This document shows, one piece after another, positions 25,186 through 34,682 of a DNA stretch of 64,000 nt; the first letter of the stretch is position 1; each line of letters opens with the position of its first letter. Under the pieces are notes generated by a model. That model was not told where the DNA came from, searched no databases, and worked only from the letters and a program-made list of their open reading frames with translations. Origin of the DNA: Malacoraja senta (Eukaryota); NCBI GenBank assembly GCA_038087875.1, contig JAXLNO010000079.1:186001-250000 (forward strand). Reading direction: 5' to 3'. The position numbers and the translations under genes were made by a program.

Positions 25186-27706
25186 AGTCAAGTCAAGTCA
25201 CATTTATTTATATAGCACATTTAAAAAACAACTCTCGTTGGCCAAAGTGCTTTATATTTGTTATAAGAATAGCACAAACAAAACAAACTACATACATATA
25301 ATATATACATGTAGCCCTCACTCAGAGGATGTCAGAAAAGGCTTGAGAGTATAGATAAGTCTTTAGTCTTGACTTAAAAGAGTCGATGGAGGGGGCAGTT
25401 TTGATGGGAAAGGGGATGCTGTTCCACAGTCTAGGGGCTGCAACCGCAAAGGCGCGGTCGCCCCTGAGCTTATGCCTAGACCGCGGGATATTCAGCAACC
25501 CCAAGTCGGCCGATCTGAGGGGCCTGGAGGTGGAGTGGTGGGTGAGAAGACTTTTTATGTAGGTGGGGGCAAGCCCATTGAGGGCTTTGTAGACATGGAG
25601 GAGGATCTTGAAGTTTATACGGAACCGCACAGGGAGCCAGTGGAGGGAGGCCAGGATCGGGGTGATGTGGTCCCTTCAGGAGTCTCGCTGCGGCGTTTTG
25701 GACCAGTTGCAGGCGGGACAGGGAAGATTGGCTGATGCCAGTGTAAAGGGAGTTGCAGTGATCTAGGCGGGAGGAGATGAATGTGTGGATGATCTTTTCG
25801 AGGTCATCAAAGTGGAGGAATTGTTTTATTTTAGCTATCGTCCGAAGCTGAAAGAAGCTAGCTTTTACCACGGCATTGACTTGTTTGTCAAATTTCAGTG
25901 CTGAGTCAAATATCACGCCAAGGTTTTTGACGTGAGGTTTGAGTAGAGGGGTAAGGCTTCCAAGGCTGCCTGCTATCATTTTGATTGAGTCCGAGGGGCC
26001 AAGAAGGATGACCTCAGACTTACTCTCGTTTAGTTGGAGGAAGTTCTGGGCCATCCAACACTTTATATCGTCGAGGCAGTGGGTAAGGTTAAACAGATTT
26101 GATTGGTTTTTGGGCTTCAGGGGGAGATAGAGTTGTGTATCATCTGCGTAGCAATGGAAGGAAATGCCGTGCCTTTCAATGACTTGGCCTAAGGGGAGCA
26201 TATACAGGGAGAAGAGAATGGGGCCAAGGATGGAACCTTGGGGCCCCAGGGCTCCATTCTGGGGCCTCTTCTATTTAACATCTACATGCTTCCACTGGCT
26301 CAGATCATGAAAAACATCAAAATATGTTACCATAGTTACGCAGACGACACACAAATCTACATAACAATATCACCAGGAGACTATAGTCCAATACAAGCAC
26401 TGAGTAGATGCATTGAGCAAATCAACGATTGGATGAACCAGAATTTTCTCCAATTAAACAAAGAAAAAACTGAAATAATTGTTTTTGGAGCCAAGGAAGA
26501 ACGATTAAAAGTTAGCACCCAGCTTCAAATGGTAATGCTAAAAAACAACAAACCAAGCCAGAAACTTAGGAGTAGTCATGGACTCAGACCTGAACTTCAA
26601 CAGCCACATAAAAACAGTCACAAAGTCAGCCTACTATCACCTAAAGAACATATCAAGGATTAAAGGACTTATGTCTCAGCAGGATTTGGAAAAACTTGTC
26701 CATGCATTTATCTTCAGCAGGCTCGACTACTGTAACAGTGTCTTTATAGGTTTCCCTAAAAAGTCGATCAGACAGCTGCAGTTAATTCAGAACGCTGCTG
26801 CTCGAGTCCTCACTAAGACCAAAAAAGTAGATCACATTACTCCAGTTCTGAGGTCTTTACACTGGCTTCCTGTCTGTCAAAGAATTGATTTCAAAATACT
26901 ATTGTTGGTTTACAAAGCACTGAATGGTTTAGGGCCAAAATACATTTCTGATCTTCTGCTTAGCTACGAACCACCCAGACCTCTCAGATCGTCTGGGACA
27001 GGTCTGCTCTGTGTCCCCAGAGTCAGAACTAAACATGGAGAGGCAGCATTTAGTTTTTATGCACCACATATCTGGAACAAACTCCCAGAAAACTGCAGGT
27101 CTGCTGCAACTCTCAGCTCTTTTAAATCTAGACTGAAGACTTTTCTGTTTGCCGCTGCCTTTCAGTAAACAATACAATTTATCAATTACCTATACTGCAC
27201 TGTAACTTCTATTCCTGGTTTTATGCTATTTTAAATATTTTATTTGATTGCTTTTAATTTTGTAATTATTTTATCTGAATAATCTAATAATCATTTTATA
27301 TCTAAATGTCATTTTATATGTGTTTCTTTCAAATGCTTTAAATGTTTTATGTAAAGCACTTTGAATTACCTTGTGGTTGAAAGGTGCTATACAAATAAAC
27401 TTGCCTTGCCTTGTGGAACCCCACAGCAGAGATTAGCTGGGGAGGAGAAAGAGTTGCCTATGTTAGTCGAGAAACTCCTACCTTTGAGGTAGTAGATGAA
27501 CCAGCTCAGGGCACTGCCATCAATACCAACCCCATACCGGAGACGGTCAATTAGGATGGTGTGGTCGACAGTATCAAATGCTGCGCTGAGGTCAAGAAGG
27601 AGCAGAATTGCACAGTCGCTGGCGTCAACGGTGAGCAGTAGGTCATTGTGTACCTTCAACAAGGCAGACTCTGTGCTATGGTGAGCCCTGAAACCTGATT
27701 GGAAAG
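25186..27706 (-). mobile_element. L2 LINE fragment split by a second L2
   Basis: FQSGFRAHHSTESALLKV..DLSAAFDTVDH..GVPQG (27409-27706) continues as QGSILGP..YADDTQLY (26240 downward); (CTTGA)n tail. Confidence 0.9.
26241..27413 (+). mobile_element. L2 LINE, 5'-truncated, different subfamily
   Basis: [33 protein letters not shown]; one frameshift; AATAAA plus (CCTTG)n tail. Confidence 0.92.
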
Positions 27707-30700
27707 TTCCTAGTCTTTTCAATCTTTCCTCATATGACAGTCCCGCCATCCCAGGGATCAATCTCGTGAACCTACGCTTCACTGCCTCAATCACAAGGAA
27801 GTCCTTCCTCAAATTAGGAGACCAAAACTACGCAATACTCCAGATGTGGTCTTACCAGAGCCCTATACAACCGCAGAAGAACCTCTCTACTCCTATACTG
27901 AAATCCTCTTGTTATGAAGGCCAACATTCCATTAGCTTTCGTCACTGCCTGCTGTACCTGCACGCCAACCTTCAGTGACCCCTTGTTTTTGCAACCAAAG
28001 GGGATAACCTCACATTTATCTATATTCTGCATCTGCCCACTCACTCAACCTGACCAGGTCACCCTGCAACCTCCTAACATCCTCTTCACAGTTCACACTG
28101 CCACCCAGCTTTGTGTCATCCGCAAACTTGCTGGTGTTGCTCCTAATTCCCTCTTCCAAATCATTAATATATATGGTAAACAGTTGCGGCCCCAACTCCG
28201 TGCCTTGCGGCACTCCACTCGCCACTGCCTGCCATTCTGAAAAGGACCCGTTCACTCCTTCTCTTTGCTTCCTGTCTGCCAACCAATTTTCTATCCACGT
28301 CAACACCCTACGCCCAATACCATGTGCTCTAATTTTAGTCACCAGTCTCCCGTGTGGGACCTTATCAAAGGCTTTCTGAAAGTCTAGATACACTACATCC
28401 ACTGGCTCCCCTTCATTTTACTTGTCACATCCTCAAAAAATTCCAGAAGATTAGTCAAGCATGATTTCCCTTTCATAAATCCATGCTGACTTGGTCTAAT
28501 CCTTTTACTGCTATCCAAATGCCCCATTATTACCTCTTTAATAATTGACTCCAGCATCTTTCCCACCACCGAAGTCAGGCTAACTGGTCTGTAATTCCCC
28601 GTTTTCTCTCTCGCTCCTTTCTTGAAAAGTGGGATGACATTAGCTATCCTCCAATCCACAGGAACTGATCCTGAATCTATTGAACATTGGAAAATGATCA
28701 CCAATGTGTCCACTATTTCTAGAACCAGCTCCCTGAGGACCCTGGGATGCAGTCCATCAGGCCCTGGGGATTTATCAACATTCAATCCCATTAGCCTCCC
28801 CAATAATATCTCTCGCCTAATGAAAATTTATTTCAGTTCCTCGACCCCCTTAGATCCTCTGTCCTCCAGTACTTCTGGGAGATTGTTTGTGTCTTCCTTA
28901 GTGAAGACAGATCCGAAGTACCTGTTCAACTCTTCTGCCATTTCCTTGTTTCCCATAATAATTTCACCCGTGTCTGCCTTCAAGGGACCCACATTTGACT
29001 TTGCTACTCTTTTTCCCTTAACATATCTAAAGAAGCTTTTACTGTCCTTCTTTATATTCCTGGCCAGCTTCCCTTCGTACTTCATCTTTTCAGCCCATAT
29101 TGCCCGTTTTGTTTCCTTCTGTTGTCCTATGAAAGTTTCCCAATCCTCTGGCTTCCGGCTACTCTTTGCTGTGTTATACATCTTTTCTTTTAGTTTTATT
29201 CTATCCCTAACTTCTCTTGTCAGCCACGGTTGCCTCCTACTCCCCTTAGAATCTTTCTTCCTTTTTGGAATGAAATGATCTTGTGTCTTCCGGATTATGC
29301 GCAGAAATTCCTGCCATTGCTGTTCCACCGTCATTCCTGCTAGTATCCCTTTCCAGTCTACCTTGGCCAGCTCCCCTCTCATGCCTTCATAATCCCCTTT
29401 GTTCAGCTGCATCACTGCCACTTCCGATTTAACCTTCTCCTTCTCAAATTGCAGATTAAAACTAATCATATTATGATCACTACCTCCAAGCGGTTCCTTT
29501 ACCTCGAGTTCTCTTATCAAATTTGGTCCATTGGCCAACACTAAATCCAGAATTGCCTTTTCTCTGGTCGGCTCCATTACAAGCTGCTCTAAGAATCCAT
29601 CTCGGAGGCACTCTACAAACTCTCTTTCTTGAGGTCCTGAACCAACCTGATTTTCCCAGTCTACCTGCATATTGAAATCCCCCATCACCACAGTGGCATT
29701 ACCTTTGTTACATGCCAGTTTTGACTCCTGCTGCAACTTGCACCCTACATCCCGGCTACTATTTGGGGGTCTGTAGATAACACCAATTAGTGTCTTTTTG
29801 CTTTTGCAATTCCTCAACTCAATCCATAGTGACTCTACCTCGTCAGTCCCTATGTCTTCCCTCGCAAGGGACTGAATTCCATCCTTCACCAGAAGAGCTA
29901 CCCCCCCTCCTCTGCCCACCTGCCAGTCCTTTCTATAGGATGTATAACCCTGAATATTAAGTTCCCAGACCCGATCCTCCTGCAGCCACGTCTCGGTAAT
30001 CCCCACAATGTCATATCTACCAACCTCTAACTGAGCCTCAAGCTCATCTACTTTACTTCTTATACTTCGCGCATTCAAATACAGTGCTTTTAATTCCTTA
30101 CGCATCTCACCATTCACATCGATCCCTACTACACTTGGCCATACTCTCCTATCCCTTTGTGAGCTTTCTTTCCTGTTAATTCTGGGGTCATTAACTATCC
30201 CTTTACTCCCTTTCCCTTTAACTCCGTCCTTGACTACCCCATTTGACACCCCCCCCCCCCCTTATTTAGTTTAAAACCACCTGTGTCGCAGTGGCAAACC
30301 TGCCTGCCAGAATGCTGGTCCCCCACCTGTTAAGGTGCAATCCATCCCTTTTGTACAGTTCCCCCTTACTCCAAAACAGATCCCAGTGGTCTTTATGGCT
30401 ATCGCTGTATTGGCAACCGTATTTGTTTGCTTAATGGTGACTGTTTTTTAAAGCAGTGGTGTGAAGTTGTGAACAATCTGTGTTTTCATTCCTCTGTCCA
30501 ACAATCAGATTCCATATGGACGCCCATTTGTAAAACAGCCCATTCTCGTTGTTCCAGTGAGACTCGTTTTATCCTTTTATTTCCTGTATTTTTTTCTCGT
30601 ATGAACCAGGATAATCAGTGTTAGCAAGCTACTAATTGATTTATTTGCAAATGTATAATAAATCGAACAATTCGTAACGCGGTGTGAAATGTAATGTCAA

Positions 30701-30868
30701 TGCAGAATTGGTATTAATATATCTGTTCTTTATTTAGAACAGTACGCATAGCATGGGTCCTTCGGCCCACAATGTTTGCAGTGAACGTGATGCCAAGTTA
30801 AACCGATGTGATCCATATACCCATGCACCTATCTAAAAGCTTTTTAGATGCCACTATCATATCTACCA

Positions 30869-30987
30869 CCACCCCAGGCAATGCGTACAGCACCCAACCA
30901 CCCCAGGCAATGCGTACAGCACCCAACCACCCCAGGCAATGCGTACAGCACCCAACCACCCCAGGCAATGCGTACAGCACCCAACCA
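30869..30987. repeat. 29-bp tandem repeat x4 within a CR1 3' remnant
   Basis: CCACCCCAGGCAATGCGTACAGCACCCAA at a 29-bp period. Confidence 0.9.
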
Positions 30988-31019
30988 ATCTGTAAAAACA
31001 AATATATTTGCCCTGCTCA

Positions 31020-31595
<576 letters not shown>

Positions 31596-31766
31596 TATCC
31601 ATTAAACTTTCTCCCTCTGGCCTTATAGCTATGTCCTCTAGTGTTGGACATTTCCACCCAGGGGAAAGGGTTCTGACTGTCTACCCTGTCTATGCCATAT
31701 AATCAGGATGTTCATCTTAATAGCACATGTATTTTCTTGTTTAATAACTCAACTTTCTCATTGAAG

Positions 31767-31901
31767 GTTTCGTTGTTGGGCAAGCAGGACTGTACCAAAC
31801 GATCCTTATGTTCATCGTGGCATATCTGATCATCAGCATGACGGTGCTGTCTGTGTGCGCCATCTCCACAAATGGTGCTCTGGACGCTGGTGGAGCCTAC
31901 T
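31767..31901 (+). CDS. slc12a9: SLC12A9 coding exon 2
   Basis: GFVVGQAGLYQTILMFIVAYLIISMTVLSVCAISTNGALDAGGAY; AG acceptor; U12-like donor GTATCTTTT. Confidence 0.95.
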
Positions 31902-32278
31902 GTATCTTTTGGTGTGATATTTGTAAATTAACTTTGAATACTGATGTTTAATAATTTAACAAAATTATATTTTCATCTACTATTAGGAGGTTCAATTGTG
32001 TCAACATTTAAAATAGAGAAATCAAATGTAATAATAATTTCAGAATTGATTAATGTTTACCAGCAACTATTACATTTATACCAGTGACTTTTTCTGTTGC
32101 TTCTGTTAAGGCACTTATTTGGTGAGACTAATGAATTGTTGAATCTTTTTATTTTCCTGTTGTTTCACATCTACTCTGTCTCATCACTTACGACCTCTCT
32201 GTGCACTTGGAGAAACAGAAACTTTTAGAATTGGTAGAAAATTTGCCAATGAGAGAGGAGATTGCTACTGGGATTGGT

Positions 32279-32424
32279 CTTCTTCTCTTCTTCTTGCGTA
32301 TGGCGCGCACAGCCTAAAGTTGTAGGACAACTTGTTCTATTTGGTCTTATTTGATTGTGCACGCCGGGTTGATTGCATTCGTCGAAACAGGGCGGACCAC
32401 GTGAAGGTTGCAATCTCCCACCCC
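32279..32424 (-). mobile_element. 146-bp ribozyme-headed non-autonomous retroposon
   Basis: 12-bp TSD ACTGGGATTGGT (32267-32278, 32425-32436); (GAA)n-type tail; structured body. Confidence 0.85.
32371..32424 (-). ncRNA. Minimal HDV-like (CPEB3-type) self-cleaving ribozyme
   Basis: GGGGUGG-GA-GAUUGCA-ACC-UUCACGU-GGU-CCGCCCU-GU-UUCGA-CGAA-UGCAAUC: P1, P2, P3, L3 and J4/2 are all present in the canonical nested double-pseudoknot order. Confidence 0.85.
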
Positions 32425-32468
32425 ACTGGGATTGGTGTAAATATTTCAATAGAAACAGACTGTTCTTT

Positions 32469-32569
32469 GACTGTCTGAAGAAGGGTTTCGGCCCGAAACG
32501 TTGCCTATTTCCTTCGCTCCATAGATGCTGCTGCACCCGCTGAGTTTCTCCAGCATTTTTGTGTACCTT
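32469..32569 (+). mobile_element. Penelope-terminus-derived short element with hammerhead-like core
   Basis: CTGAAGA-A-GGGT-TTCG-GCCC-GAAA-CGTT; flanked by TGTTCTTT (32461-32468, 32570-32577). Confidence 0.7.
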
Positions 32570-33274
32570 TGTTCTTTCCTTTAAATGTGCGCTTAGCCAT
32601 AAATGTGCGCTTATCTCTTGTATGTCATAAAAATCAATTGATCTCTATCTTGAAAATGTCAATTGGTCCAAAACATGTTGTGGAAGAGAATTATTTATTT
32701 CCTCTCTCTTTTGTGTGGAAAATGTCTTCCCCCCTCCCTCCTGGATGGACTGGCTGCAATTTTGAAATTGTGCCTCAACAGAGGAAATGTCTTCTCTGAC
32801 CACCTGAATGTACGGTCAAGCACCAACTTTAAGGTTGTCTCCAAGGGACCGTCCACTGTTAAATCCCACTGTCATTAAAAAATAACAGCTAGTCCCTCGG
32901 GAGGAAGGGGTGCGGGGGAGGGGCTGTGTTGTCCCCACCCAGGGGCAGGGGCTGCATTCCCCAGGGTGGGGGCTGTGTCTCCCCCCCCCCCCCCCCCCCC
33001 ATGGGCAGGCAGGGTCTGCGTTTCCCCCTCCAGGCACAAGTGGGCCTGTATTTCCCAGGACCAGGTCGTGTTCCCCAGGGTGGGGGGGTCTGTGTTCCCC
33101 AGGGGTAGATGGGGGCAGGTGGGCCCGGTGGCACGGGGTTCTGCAGGGGCAGGGAGGTGACCACATCCAACATTATCCAACCAGCCTTTTTTCAATATAA
33201 ATGCAAACTAAATTGCAAATAATGACTGTTTCAAAATGATTTAAAGTTTTTCCTTCACGGATGCTTGTTGGCAG

Positions 33275-33412
33275 ATATGATCAGTCGAGCCCTGGGACCG
33301 GAGTTTGGAGGCAGCCTTGGAGTCATGTTCTTCTTTGCAAATGTGTGCGGGAGTGCTCTCTATGTCCTGGGTCTTGTTGAATCCATAGTTGACACTTTTG
33401 GTTTGCCGCCAG
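33275..33412 (+). CDS. slc12a9: SLC12A9 coding exon 3
   Basis: YMISRALGPEFGGSLGVMFFFANVCGSALYVLGLVESIVDTFGLPP; donor G|GTAAAG. Confidence 0.95.
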
Positions 33413-33604
33413 GTAAAGTGATTAGAGGAACTCTGCAATTTTTCATGTTTGCAAATGTTATATTAATTTTTGAGGATGGTTATTCACTTCATTTGGCAGA
33501 AAAAGCAAACTGAAGAAGAGCAAGGGTAGGTGAACTGGTGTAAATGGAATGTACATTTAATGTGTTCACAAAACAACATGACAGTTTGATCAGGTCCACT
33601 GTAC

Positions 33605-33840
33605 ATCCGGCCGACCGTAGCGGCGACTGCGGAGGATATGGCCCCCACCACGGGGGAAAATGGAGGAGTACTGACTATACTTTGTGCCTTTCACCACAGT
33701 GAAGAATGCTGTGGTGGATGTTTGTGTTCAATCTTATTGTGTATTGTGTGTTCTTTTTTTTAATTGTACCGCTGCTGGCAAATTAATTTCACTGCACTTA
33801 TATGTGTATGTGATGAATAAAACTGATTGATTGATTGGTT
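33605..33840 (+). mobile_element. 3' fragment of the GC-rich Rex1-tailed retroposon family
   Basis: GCCTT-hairpin-ATGT motif, ATTTCAC stem-loop, AATAAA, (GATT)n tail. Confidence 0.65.
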
Positions 33841-34173
33841 GGTTGGTATATCAGGAGAGCTTGGTTCCTTGTGGCTATTGTCCCCACAAAACTGGCAAAA
33901 GGCAAAGTGTGGGAATAAAGAGGGCCTTTTCTGGTTGGCTGCTGGTGATTAGTGGTGTTCCGCAGGGGTCGGCGTTGGGTCCGCTACTTTTCACGTTATA
34001 TAATAATGATGGAATTGATGGCTCTGTAATTCTAAGCTTTTAAAAGGTGCTGGTCAGGCCAGATTTGGAATATTGTGAGCAGTTTTGGGCCCCATATCTG
34101 AAGAAGGATGTACTGGCATTGGAGAGGGTCCAGAAGAGGTTTATGAGAATGATCCTAAACCATAGAGTCCCCA

Positions 34174-34677
34174 ATAGTAATAGGGGACTCTATGGTTAGG
34201 GGGTCGGATAGGCGATTCTGTGGACGCAGTCAGGAGATCCGGATGGTAGTTTGCCTCCCTGGTGCCAGGGTCAGGGATGTGTCTGAACGCGTCCAAGATA
34301 TCCTGAAATCGGAGGGAGAGGAGCCTGAGGTTGTGGTACATATAGGTACCAATGACATAGGTAGAAAAAGAGAAGAGGTCTTGAAAGGAGAATTTAGGGA
34401 GTTGGGAGGAGAGTTAAGGAGAAGGTCTACAAAGGTAACAATCTCAGGATTACTACCTGTGCCACGTGACGGTGAGAGTAGGAATGGAGTGAGGTGGAGG
34501 ATAAATGCGTGGCTGAGGAACTGGTGCAGCGGGCAGGGATTCAAATTTCTGGATCATTGGGATTTCTTTTGGGGAAGGAGTGACCTGTACAGAAAGGACG
34601 GGTTGCACTTGAACCCGAGGGGCACCAATATCCTGGCGGGGAGATTTGCAAAGGCTACTGGGGAGACTTTAAACTAG
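34174..34677 (+). CDS. CR1 ORF1 C-terminal SGNH/GDSL esterase domain (5'-truncated)
   Basis: [27 protein letters not shown] motifs; stop TAG at 34675-34677. Confidence 0.9.
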   Translation: MVIGDSMVRGSDRRFCGRSQEIRMVVCLPGARVRDVSERVQDILKSEGEEPEVVVHIGTNDIGRKREEVLKGEFRELGGELRRRSTKVTISGLLPVPRDGESRNGVRWRINAWLRNWCSGQGFKFLDHWDFFWGRSDLYRKDGLHLNPRGTNILAGRFAKATGETLN

Positions 34678-34682
34678 AACGG

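Larger units (their letters stand above)
24768..30390 (-). mobile_element. CR1 LINE (ORF1 end to 3' tail) interrupted by nested L2 elements
   Basis: ORFs 28828-30249 (APE), 28393-28803 and 28016-28402 (FADD); 3' end at 24768-25185 with ATAGAAAC tail. Confidence 0.9.

Noticed and set aside
28622..29278. Antisense ORFs over CR1 ORF2
   Set aside because: Shadow ORFs of LINE coding sequence.
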